Source: Burkholderiales bacterium
GTDB lineage: Bacteria; Pseudomonadota; Gammaproteobacteria; Burkholderiales; SG8-39
Assembly: GCA_035519135.1 (NCBI GenBank)
Contig: DATIWX010000125.1
Location: 2,576 to 66,575 of the forward strand
Length of the DNA stretch: 64,000 nucleotides
Direction: 5' to 3'
Part shown: piece by piece, positions 1 through 8,082 of the stretch
How the letters are laid out: each line of letters opens with the position of its first letter
Numbering within the stretch: the stretch's first letter is position 1
Position numbers and translations under genes: made by a program
Notes under the pieces: generated by a model
Database searches by the model: none
What the model saw: the letters and a program-made list of their open reading frames with translations, nothing else
Told to the model about the DNA's origin: nothing

Positions 1-102
1 GGATTGTAAGAATGCGGGTACATCAAGTAGAGAAAGCCGGAGATCCGAGCGGTGAGCTGCAGAGAGGACGAGGTGATCAATGCTTGATGAGCCTGCACGC
101 GT

Positions 103-131
103 CTTATACAGACAGGCGCGGTGCGGGTCAA
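103..131 (-). promoter_or_regulatory. Candidate sigma70 promoter reading leftward out of the window
   Basis: The minus strand reads TTGACC (131-126), a 17-nt spacer, then TATAAG (108-103). It lies in a lower-GC stretch downstream of the hydrolase gene. The target gene is outside or at the edge of the window. Confidence 0.3.
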
Positions 132-153
132 GTGACCCCCTCCGGCGGGGCGC

Positions 154-1005
154 TCAGCGGGACGGCTGCGCCGCGAGCTGATGCAGGTCGGAGCGATGGA
201 AGGGCCGGTGCCGCTCGAGGAAGCGGGCGATGACGCTGTTGACCATCTCCGGGTGGGTCACCGGCCCCATGTGGCCCAGTCCCTTGAACTCGACCACCTG
301 CACCCGCGGCAGCGCCGGGGTGAGCACGCGCGCGACCCCGCAAGCGGGCGCCGGAGAGTCTTCTCCGAGCATGTACAGGACCGGAACGCCCAGCCAGGAG
401 AAGGCCCGCAGGGGCGTGGGCTCGTTGAACAGCGCGCCGGCCCAGCCGCGGATATTGGCGATGGAAGCGGTGATGGGGCCGCGGCGCTCCTCGGGCGTGG
501 CATCCCAGGCGCCCGGGCCCGCCCAGAAATCGACGAAGCACTGCGCCGCGCCGGCCGGATCGCCGGCGTCGAGCGCGGCGGCGGCGACCGCCAGCGCGCT
601 GCGGATGCCGTCGGCGTCGTTCGGCGCAGGGGAGACCTCGTCGATCAGGCCGAACAGCGTCGGCTCGTACAGCGCCAGCGAGTGGACGCGATCGGGCCGC
701 TCCAGGGCCGCGATCAGGGCCACCGCGGCGCCGTAGGAATGCGCGACCAGCGAAACCGGTCCGCGGGCGCGCGCAAACAGCGGCTCGAGCAGCGCGACTT
801 CATCGCGAAGCGAGACCGGCCTGTCGGTCGGCCACGCGGGACTCCTGCCGTGGCCGTAGGAGTCGGCGGCGAGCACGTGGAAACGCGGAGCAAGCGAATC
901 CATGAGCGCGCGCCACTGGCCCGAGCTGCTCGCGTTGGCGTGCAGGCAGATGACGCTCGGACCCGCGCCGGCCTCGCGGAAGAAAGGAGCGGGATGCATT
1001 TTCAT
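154..1005 (-). CDS. Alpha/beta-fold hydrolase
   Basis: 283-aa ORF with strong GC3 bias. It has the HG oxyanion motif 'VICLHANASS' and the nucleophile elbow 'VAHSYGA'. Its start lies 3 nt after the stop of the upstream gene. Confidence 0.85.
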   Translation of the reverse strand: MKMHPAPFFREAGAGPSVICLHANASSSGQWRALMDSLAPRFHVLAADSYGHGRSPAWPTDRPVSLRDEVALLEPLFARARGPVSLVAHSYGAAVALIAALERPDRVHSLALYEPTLFGLIDEVSPAPNDADGIRSALAVAAAALDAGDPAGAAQCFVDFWAGPGAWDATPEERRGPITASIANIRGWAGALFNEPTPLRAFSWLGVPVLYMLGEDSPAPACGVARVLTPALPRVQVVEFKGLGHMGPVTHPEMVNSVIARFLERHRPFHRSDLHQLAAQPSR

Positions 1006-1008
1006 CGG

Positions 1009-1596
1009 CTAGTACATGCCCGCGCTCTGGCTCGCGGGCGCCGCCGGATGGCTCGGCGTGAAGAAGTAATAGTCCGCCGTATAGCTCACCCGTACCTGCT
1101 TTCCGGCCGTGGCATCGGAGCAGCCGCCCTGGGGCGCCACACCGCCCACGGTATGCAGGCGCTGCACGCTGGTCACCCTGCTCATCGAGCCTTCCGGACC
1201 GACGGATTTCGCCGCAAGCAGCAGCCAGGGAATCGCGCCGGCCTGCGGAGCATCCGCGCGCTCCTTCAGCGTGCCCGCGATGCGGCTGCCGTCGCCCGAT
1301 TCCCAGTGCGGTCCGGCGTAGTGCGAGCCGACCTTGGCGCCGTGCCCGTCGTAGAGATCGGCCTCGGGAGCCACGAACATCCATTCGTATTCCCCCGAGC
1401 GGTCCTTGCGGGCGTGGCATTCGTAGATCTGCACGCCTCCCGCGGGAAGCACCATCGCCAGAGACTCGTTCGGGCCGGGTCTCAGCTTGTTCATCGCTTC
1501 GGCGCCGGGCGGCTGCATGCTGGTGCAGCCCTCCACGAACAGCAACGCCAGGAAGATCGTCAACAGGAACGCCGTCACCTTCGATGGCAGGGACAT
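1009..1596 (-). CDS. DUF3455-like secreted lipoprotein
   Basis: 195 aa. It has a signal peptide with a Cys lipobox ('LLFVEGC') and a GGAG Shine-Dalgarno (SD) site upstream. The 'VQIYEC...YAGPHWES...WLLL' pattern matches my memory of the DUF3455 family. Confidence 0.7.
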   Translation of the reverse strand: MSLPSKVTAFLLTIFLALLFVEGCTSMQPPGAEAMNKLRPGPNESLAMVLPAGGVQIYECHARKDRSGEYEWMFVAPEADLYDGHGAKVGSHYAGPHWESGDGSRIAGTLKERADAPQAGAIPWLLLAAKSVGPEGSMSRVTSVQRLHTVGGVAPQGGCSDATAGKQVRVSYTADYYFFTPSHPAAPASQSAGMY

Positions 1597-1638
1597 CGCC
1601 TCTCCTTTCTTGCGCTTAGGGCACGAGGATCGGAACGG

Positions 1639-2274
1639 TCAGCGACATGTCGAGGGATTGGTCCCCTCGGCGCATTGCGGATAGATCGCCCAGCCGCGCT
1701 GGATCCGGCTCTGGTTTCCGGCGGACACCGTGTGCAGGCCGTCAGGCGCGACCATGGCGCTGAACCCCCAGTCTTCCCTGAACACCGTCAGCTTGACGCC
1801 GCCGTCGAAGCGCGGGCCGCGCATGCCGAAGGGATAACATTGGTCGGTCCACCACTCGAGCTCGAACGGTGCGTCGGGCACCAGCGCGCCCGGCCGGAGC
1901 GGCATGCCGTTCACGCGCACCACCGTTCCCGGCCCGCAGCGCAGCACCGGCCGGGGATCGACCCAGCGCAGCGGCACCGCCTCGGCATCGAGCGCGGGCG
2001 CGAGCAAGGCGTTGAGGATGAATCGGGACGCATCGAAGTCCGCGTGCGCCGCGGGGGCGGGCTGCGGCCTGCCCGCGCGCGCGCTGGTGGCCGACAGCAG
2101 CGCACCCAGCGCGACCGCGGCCGCGAGTCCCAGCGCATAACCGAGCGCGGAGGCGAGACCCACTGCTATAAAAAGGCAGACGGCCCGGAAGGAGGGTTTC
2201 CCGGCCAAAGGGGGAGTCCCGGCCGCCCCGAGATACGGATGGACCGACTGCGTGGGAAACGTGGATCGGTACAA
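1639..2274 (-). CDS. Hypothetical membrane-anchored protein with a Cys-containing C-terminal domain
   Basis: 211-aa ORF with a TTG start preceded by an AAGGAG SD site 7 nt upstream. It has one N-terminal TM helix ('AVCLFIAVGLASALGYALGLAAAVALGALL') and good GC3 bias. I recognise no family. Confidence 0.6.
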   Translation of the reverse strand: MYRSTFPTQSVHPYLGAAGTPPLAGKPSFRAVCLFIAVGLASALGYALGLAAAVALGALLSATSARAGRPQPAPAAHADFDASRFILNALLAPALDAEAVPLRWVDPRPVLRCGPGTVVRVNGMPLRPGALVPDAPFELEWWTDQCYPFGMRGPRFDGGVKLTVFREDWGFSAMVAPDGLHTVSAGNQSRIQRGWAIYPQCAEGTNPSTCR

Positions 2275-2443
2275 GACCAGTCTCCTTGGAGAGAAGTGCG
2301 GCGTAGTCTAGAGAGGGGGTGCATCAGGCGAATTTCAGCGGCCGGCCATTTTTGTTTCGTTTGTTTCACGCGCCGGGACCGGCGGCACGCGGTAGCGGTA
2401 TGATTTGCCTCTTTATTGTCCAGGGGCCGGGACAGCAGCGACC

Positions 2444-3154
2444 ATGAGCCACAAGGCAACCATCCTGATCGTCGACGACGAGCCCGACGTGCGCGAAGTG
2501 CTCGAGGAGTACCTTGCCGGCCACGGCTTCCGGGCGATCGGCACCGAGAGCGCGCTGGCCGCGCGGCAGATAGCCCCCCGCGAGACCGTCGATCTCGCGC
2601 TGGTCGACATCCACATGCCCGGCGAAGACGGCCTGAGCCTGGCGCGGCACCTGCGCGAGCGCTACACCGGGATCGCGATCGTCATGCTCACATCCGCGGC
2701 CGAGGTCGTGGATCGCGTGGTGGGCCTGGAGATGGGCGCGGACGACTACATCACCAAGCCCTTCGATCCCCGCGAGCTGCTCGCCCGCGTCAAGAGCGTG
2801 CTGCGGCGCACCTCGTCCGCAAGGCGCGCCGATATCGGCGCCGAGCGGGTGCGCATCGGGCGATGCGTGCTCGACCTCGCCGCGCACCGGCTCACCGACG
2901 AAGACGGCAGGGACGTGCCGATGTCCCCGCTCGAGTTCGACCTGCTGAAGGCGCTGGCGGAGCATCCCAACCGGGCGCTCTCCCGCGAACGCATCGTGAA
3001 CATGACCCAGCGCCGCGACTGGAGCCCCTTCGACCGCAGCGTCGACCTGCGCATCATGCGGCTGCGCAAGAAGATCGAGCCCGACCCCGAGCATCCGCGC
3101 TACATCCGCACCATACGCAACGAGGGCTACCTGTTCGTGCCCGGCGGAGCCTGA
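2444..3154 (+). CDS. OmpR/PhoB-family response regulator
   Basis: The start was trimmed to the ATG at 2444 ('MSHKATILIVDDEPD'). It has a receiver domain ('LALVDIHMPGEDG', 'DDYITKPF') and a winged-helix output ('IRTIRNEGYLF'). Confidence 0.9.
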   Translation: MSHKATILIVDDEPDVREVLEEYLAGHGFRAIGTESALAARQIAPRETVDLALVDIHMPGEDGLSLARHLRERYTGIAIVMLTSAAEVVDRVVGLEMGADDYITKPFDPRELLARVKSVLRRTSSARRADIGAERVRIGRCVLDLAAHRLTDEDGRDVPMSPLEFDLLKALAEHPNRALSRERIVNMTQRRDWSPFDRSVDLRIMRLRKKIEPDPEHPRYIRTIRNEGYLFVPGGA

Positions 3155-3158
3155 GTCG

Positions 3159-4130
3159 ATGAATGCGCGGTCGCGGGCGCGAGGCCTCCTGTGCATCCTC
3201 GCCGCGGCGCTGGCGCTCTTCGGCTGCGTGCGCGAGCCGGAATCTGCGCTGCGCATCGGCACCAACGTCTGGATCGGGTGCGAGCCCTTCTATCTCGCGC
3301 GCGAGCTGGGCCGTCTCGACCCCAAGGCGGTCCAGCTGGTCGAGTATCCGTCCGCGAGCGAGGTCATGCGCGCCTTCCGCAACCAGGCCATCGACGGCAT
3401 GGTCGTCAGCCTGGATGAGCTGTTCGGTCTCGCCGCGGACGGGCTGCAGCCGCGCATCATACTGGTGGTCGACGTGTCCCACGGGGCCGACGCGGTGGTG
3501 GCGCGGCCCGGCATCGGAGGCATGAAGGATCTCAAGGGCAAGCGCGTCGCCGTGGAAAGCGGCGCCCTCGGCGCGTTCGTGCTGAGCCGGGCTTTGGCCC
3601 TCAGCGGCATGCGCGCGCGCGACGTCAAGGTCGTGCCGCTGGAGTCGAACGAGCAGCCCGGCGCATTCCAGAAGGGCCAGGTGGATGCCGCCGTCACCTT
3701 CGATCCCTATCGCGAGCAGCTGCTGCGCGCGGGCGCGAGGACGCTGTTCGACAGCACCCAGATTCCAGGCGAGATCGTCGATGTGGTGGCGGTGCGCGCC
3801 GGCGTCCTCGACACGCAGCCCAAGGCGGTACAGGCGCTGCTGTCGGGCTGGCTGGCGGCGATCACCTATCTCGGGCGCGATCCCCAGGACGCGGCGCGGC
3901 GCATGGGCGTGCGCCAGCAGACGAGCGGGGAGCAGTTCCTGAAGGCCCTGAAGGGCCTGCACATCCCGTCGCGCCAGGAGAACCTGAGGATGCTCGGCGG
4001 GGCGAGTCCGGAGCTGGCCGGGAGCGGACGCGTGCTCATGGACCTGATGCTGGAAGCCAAGCTGCTGCGCATGCCGCTCGAAATCGAGAGCCTGCTCTCG
4101 CCGGGTCCGCTGGCGGGGCTTGCACCGTGA
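3159..4130 (+). CDS. Periplasmic solute-binding lipoprotein, NMT1/SsuA/TauA-like (NitT/TauT family)
   Basis: 323 aa with a signal peptide and lipobox 'ALFGC'. The type-2 periplasmic binding pattern ('LKGKRVAVESGALGAF', 'VDAAVTFDPY') is present. It starts 4 nt after the response-regulator stop. Confidence 0.8.
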   Translation: MNARSRARGLLCILAAALALFGCVREPESALRIGTNVWIGCEPFYLARELGRLDPKAVQLVEYPSASEVMRAFRNQAIDGMVVSLDELFGLAADGLQPRIILVVDVSHGADAVVARPGIGGMKDLKGKRVAVESGALGAFVLSRALALSGMRARDVKVVPLESNEQPGAFQKGQVDAAVTFDPYREQLLRAGARTLFDSTQIPGEIVDVVAVRAGVLDTQPKAVQALLSGWLAAITYLGRDPQDAARRMGVRQQTSGEQFLKALKGLHIPSRQENLRMLGGASPELAGSGRVLMDLMLEAKLLRMPLEIESLLSPGPLAGLAP

Positions 4131-6826
4131 GCTTCCGCGTACCGGCGTCGCTCAAGCTCACGGTCCCGCTGATCCTGCTGGGCTTCGCCGCGACGCTGAG
4201 CGCGGTGAATCTCATGTATCACGTGCCGCAGGCCGAGCGCGCGGCGGACGACGCTACCCGCAAGCGCCTGGCCCAGGAGACGTCGCGCCTGCAAAGCACC
4301 CTGGAGTACCTGCTGCTCAAGGGCGACGAGGCCGCCGCGCAGCACGAGATCGCGGTGCTGGCGCACAACCACGACTACGTCTTCGCGGCCCTGACCGACG
4401 ACCGCAACATCGTCACCGCGGCGACGCAGCGCGCCTGGCTGGGACGGCAGATCGCGGACGTCCTGCCGCAAGTCGACAAGGACGAGGGGGTCAGGGGCCC
4501 GCGCGGGCGCCCGGCGCGGATCGAGATCGACGAGGACCAGATCGCCCTGCTCGCCTCGGCCGGGGTGCTGATGGGCAGCGAGCAGGCGGAGCTGCGCCCC
4601 TCGCGGACCGGCGGGCTGTTCCTCGCCTACGATCTCAGCCGCTCCCGGTCGGAGGCGCGGGCGCAGGTGCTGCGGCAGTCCTTTTACTGGGCCGGCTGGG
4701 TGACCGCGCTGGCGCTGGCGATGTGGCTGGTGTTTCACTTCCTGCTCACCCGCCGCACGGCGAAGCTGGTGCGCGCCGCCGAGCAGCTCGCCGCCGGGAA
4801 CCTCGCCGCGCGAAGCGGGCTGACGGGACGCGACGAGCTCGGCCGCCTGAGCCGCGCCTTCGACGCGATGGCGCTCGAAGTCGCCTATACGCAGACCCGG
4901 CTGCGCAAGGACATCACCGAGCGCGCCCTGGTGCAGCGGGCGCTGGAGAACAGCGAGGCGCGCCTGCAGCAGATCCTCAACAACAGCACGGCCGTGGTCT
5001 TCGTCAAGGACACGGAAGGGCGCTTCCTCTTCGTCAACCGGGAGTTCGAGCGCATCTTCCATTGCCGCCAGGCGGAAGTGGCGGGAAAGACCGATCGCGA
5101 GATTCTGCCCGAGGAGATCGCGCGCGCATTTCGCGCCAACGACCTGCTCGTGCTCCAGCGCAACAGCCCCATCGAGTTCGAGGAGACCGCGCCGCTGGAC
5201 GACGGCCTGCATACCTACATCTCGATCAAGTTCCCCCTGCACGACGCCAGCGGGGCGGCCTACGCGGTGTGCGGCATCGCCACCGACATCACCGAGCGCA
5301 AGCGCTCCGACGAGGCGCTGCGGGTGTCGGAGGAGAGCTACCGGGCGATCTTCGACGCCGCCGAGGACTCGATCTTCGTCCACGACATCGCAACCGGCGC
5401 CATCGTCGACGTCAACCGCAGGGCCTGTGCCACCTTCGGCTATACGCGCGAGGAATTCCGGCACATCGACGTCGGCGCGCTCGGCACCGGAGAGCGGCCC
5501 TACACGCAGCAGGACGCGATGGAGCTGATCGCGGGCGCGGCTGCGGGTGAGGAGCGGCGCGTCGAGTGGCACGGCAGGAGCAAGGACGGCAGCCTGCGCT
5601 GGCACGAGGTATTCGTGAAGCGCGTGACCATCGGCGGGCGGGATCGGGTGCTGGCGCTCGCCCGCGACATCACCGAGAAGAAGCGCGCGGCCGAAGAGCT
5701 GGCGCGCCAGCGCGAATCGTCGTACCAGCGCGAGAAGCTCGCCGCGCTCGGCTCGCTGCTCGCCGGCGTCGCCCACGAGCTCAACAACCCGCTTTCGGTG
5801 GTCGTGGCCCGGGCGGTGATGCTCGAGGAAGAGAGCTACCCGGCGGCCCAGGCGGCGGCATCGAAGATCCGCACGGCCGCGGAGCGCTGCGCGCGCATCG
5901 TGCGGACCTTCCTCGCGATGGCCCGGCAGCAGCCGCCCAAGCGCGGGCCGGTGGCGGTCAACGACGTAGTGTCGGCGGCGCTCGACATGACCGCCTATAC
6001 GGTCCGCACCAGCAGCATCGAGGTGTCGCTCGACCTGGCCGGAGGCATTCCGCCGATCCTCGCCGACCCCGACCAGCTGCACCAGGTGCTGCTGAACCTT
6101 GTCGTCAACGCGCAGCAGGTGCTGCAGGACCGGCCGGGACCGCGGCGCATACGCGTGGCGAGCCGCTACGACGCGGAGGGCGGCGTGATCCGCATCGCGG
6201 TCGCCGACAACGGCCCGGGAATTCCGGAGCACCTTCGCGCGCGGGTGTTCGAGCCGTATTTCACCACCAAGCCCTCCGGGCTGGGCACCGGGATGGGATT
6301 GGCCGTGAGCCACGGCATCGTCGAGGCCCACGGCGGCACCCTCACGCTCGACTGCCCCGAAATGGGAGGAGCCGTGTTCACGATCACGCTGCCCGTATGC
6401 GCCGTGGACGAGAGCCGCGCCGACGCCGGCCCCTCCCGCGAGGCGAAGGCGAGCCCGCGCAAGATACTCATCGTCGACGACGAGGCGGAAATCCGCGAAA
6501 CGCTGGCCGAGATCCTGAGCGGGGCGCAGCACTACGTCGTAACGGCCGGCTCCGGACGCGAGGCGCTCGAGCGGATGGCGGCGGACCACTACGACGTGAT
6601 CCTCACCGACATCCGCATGCCCGACCTCGACGGGCGCACCCTGTACCGGGAAATCGAGCGGCGCTGGCCGGAGCGCGCAAGGCGCGTCGTGTTCGTGACC
6701 GGGGACAGTTTCGCCGCGACCCTGCACGAGTTCGCCAGCGAATACGGCCGTCCCGTGATCGAGAAGCCCTTCGTGCCGGGAGACGTGCGCCGCGTCGTCG
6801 CCGAGACGGCGCTCGACCACCGGTGA
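4127..6826 (+). CDS. Hybrid sensor histidine kinase (periplasmic domain, HAMP, PAS repeats, HisKA, HATPase, receiver)
   Basis: 899 aa. The GTG start overlaps the binding-protein stop (GTGA). It has two TM segments, H-box 'HELNNPLS', 'DNGPGIP', 'GLGTGMGLAVSHGIVEAHGG' and a C-terminal receiver domain 'ILIVDDE...LTDIRMPDLDG'. Confidence 0.9.
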   Translation: MSFRVPASLKLTVPLILLGFAATLSAVNLMYHVPQAERAADDATRKRLAQETSRLQSTLEYLLLKGDEAAAQHEIAVLAHNHDYVFAALTDDRNIVTAATQRAWLGRQIADVLPQVDKDEGVRGPRGRPARIEIDEDQIALLASAGVLMGSEQAELRPSRTGGLFLAYDLSRSRSEARAQVLRQSFYWAGWVTALALAMWLVFHFLLTRRTAKLVRAAEQLAAGNLAARSGLTGRDELGRLSRAFDAMALEVAYTQTRLRKDITERALVQRALENSEARLQQILNNSTAVVFVKDTEGRFLFVNREFERIFHCRQAEVAGKTDREILPEEIARAFRANDLLVLQRNSPIEFEETAPLDDGLHTYISIKFPLHDASGAAYAVCGIATDITERKRSDEALRVSEESYRAIFDAAEDSIFVHDIATGAIVDVNRRACATFGYTREEFRHIDVGALGTGERPYTQQDAMELIAGAAAGEERRVEWHGRSKDGSLRWHEVFVKRVTIGGRDRVLALARDITEKKRAAEELARQRESSYQREKLAALGSLLAGVAHELNNPLSVVVARAVMLEEESYPAAQAAASKIRTAAERCARIVRTFLAMARQQPPKRGPVAVNDVVSAALDMTAYTVRTSSIEVSLDLAGGIPPILADPDQLHQVLLNLVVNAQQVLQDRPGPRRIRVASRYDAEGGVIRIAVADNGPGIPEHLRARVFEPYFTTKPSGLGTGMGLAVSHGIVEAHGGTLTLDCPEMGGAVFTITLPVCAVDESRADAGPSREAKASPRKILIVDDEAEIRETLAEILSGAQHYVVTAGSGREALERMAADHYDVILTDIRMPDLDGRTLYREIERRWPERARRVVFVTGDSFAATLHEFASEYGRPVIEKPFVPGDVRRVVAETALDHR

Positions 6827-7962
6827 GCGGCCGCATCCTCACCACCCACGTCGGCAGCCTGCCGCGGCCCGCGGACCTGCTCGACCTGATGAAGGCGAAG
6901 CTCGCGGGTGCGGCCGTCGATCAGCGCGCCTACGAAGCCCGCGTGAAGGGCGCGGTCGCCGAATGCGTGCGCAGGCAGGTCCACGCCGGCATCGACTTCG
7001 TCAGCGACGGCGAGCAGTCCAAGCCCGGTTTCTTCACGTACGTGCACGAGCGCCTCGAGGGCTTCGAGCCGCGGCCCCAGGCGAAGCGCAGGATGTTTCC
7101 CGCGGAGGTCGCGGCTTTTCCCGAGTACTACGAGAAATATTTCAGGGAAGCGATGACGGGCGGGGCGATCGCCCCGGTGGTGCCGCTCGTCTGCACCGGT
7201 CCGGTGAAATACCGCGGCGAGGCGGCGCTCCGGCGCGACATCGACAATCTCAGGGCCGCGGCGACCGGGGCCTACGGCGCCTTCATGCCGGCGGTGGCGC
7301 CGAGCGGGGTCGGGACGAACGAGTACTACCGCGACGAGGAGGACTTCTTCCACGCGGTGGGCAGGGCGCTGCGCACCGAGTACAAGGCCATCGCCGACGC
7401 GGGCCTCGTCCTTCAGGTGGACGATCCCTTCCTGTGCGACATCTTCGCCGATCCGGAGCTGGACGCTGCCGCGAGGAAGAAGCGCGCCGCAATGTACGTC
7501 GATGCGGTCAACGACGCCCTCCACGGCATTCCTCCCGAACGGGTGCGCTATCACACCTGCTACGGGATCAACGAGGGCCCGCGCATCCACGAGGCGGCGC
7601 TCGCGGACGTGCTGGAATACATGCTGCGCGTGAGCGCCGGCGCCTACAGCTTCGAGGCCGCCAACCCGCGCCACGAGCACGAGTATCACCTGTGGGAGAC
7701 GGCGAAGCTTCCGGAGGGCAAGGCGCTGATACCCGGCGTCATCACCCACGCGAGCAACATCGTCGAGCATCCCGAGCTGATCGCCGAGCGGCTGGTCCGC
7801 TTCGCCCACCGCGTCGGCCGCGACAACGTCATCGCCGGCGCCGACTGCGGCTTCTCCTCGCAGGCGAGCTACCACACCGAGGTGCACCCCACGGTGGTGT
7901 GGGCGAAATTCGCGGCGCTCGCAGAGGGCGCGCGGCTCGCCAGCCGGCAATTGTGGCCGTAG
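6823..7962 (+). CDS. Short (single-barrel) MetE-family protein; cobalamin-independent methionine-synthase-like zinc alkyltransferase
   Basis: 379 aa. The GTG start at 6823 overlaps the kinase stop (GTGA). The N-terminus 'ILTTHVGSLPRP' is typical of the family. The Zn-site pattern is 'YHTCYG ... YSFEAAN ... GADCGFSS'. Confidence 0.85.
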   Translation: MSGRILTTHVGSLPRPADLLDLMKAKLAGAAVDQRAYEARVKGAVAECVRRQVHAGIDFVSDGEQSKPGFFTYVHERLEGFEPRPQAKRRMFPAEVAAFPEYYEKYFREAMTGGAIAPVVPLVCTGPVKYRGEAALRRDIDNLRAAATGAYGAFMPAVAPSGVGTNEYYRDEEDFFHAVGRALRTEYKAIADAGLVLQVDDPFLCDIFADPELDAAARKKRAAMYVDAVNDALHGIPPERVRYHTCYGINEGPRIHEAALADVLEYMLRVSAGAYSFEAANPRHEHEYHLWETAKLPEGKALIPGVITHASNIVEHPELIAERLVRFAHRVGRDNVIAGADCGFSSQASYHTEVHPTVVWAKFAALAEGARLASRQLWP

Positions 7963-7964
7963 CG

Positions 7965-7983
7965 GAGGAGCTCGCTTCTCCTC
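7965..7983 (+). terminator. Candidate stem-loop terminator after the MetE-like gene
   Basis: GAGGAG (7965-7970) pairs with CTCCTC (7978-7983) across a 7-nt loop, followed by GTCTTTG. The stem is short and the T tract is weak. Confidence 0.35.
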
Positions 7984-8082
7984 GTCTTTGATGACGTCCG
8001 TCGGATCATTGTTGACGGATCATCATGAAATCCGCCGGATCGCCCCCTGTACAATTTCCGCTGATTCTCGGAGGAGGGGACG

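Noticed and set aside
12-233. 73-aa + strand ORF at the left edge.
   Set aside because: It overlaps the 3' end of the well-supported alpha/beta hydrolase gene on the other strand and has no SD site or recognisable motif. The region is more likely a minus-strand promoter/leader.
3866-6820. 984-aa ORF antisense to the hybrid kinase. Similar long antisense or out-of-frame ORFs occur at 181-2403, 8098-9783, 17942-21766, 18154-22071, 39125-41878, 54386-57217 and 57520-59202.
   Set aside because: Their translations are Arg/Ala/Gly/Pro-rich low-complexity sequences with no motifs. Each fully overlaps a gene with clear family signatures on the other strand or frame. Stop-poor alternative frames are expected in very GC-rich DNA.
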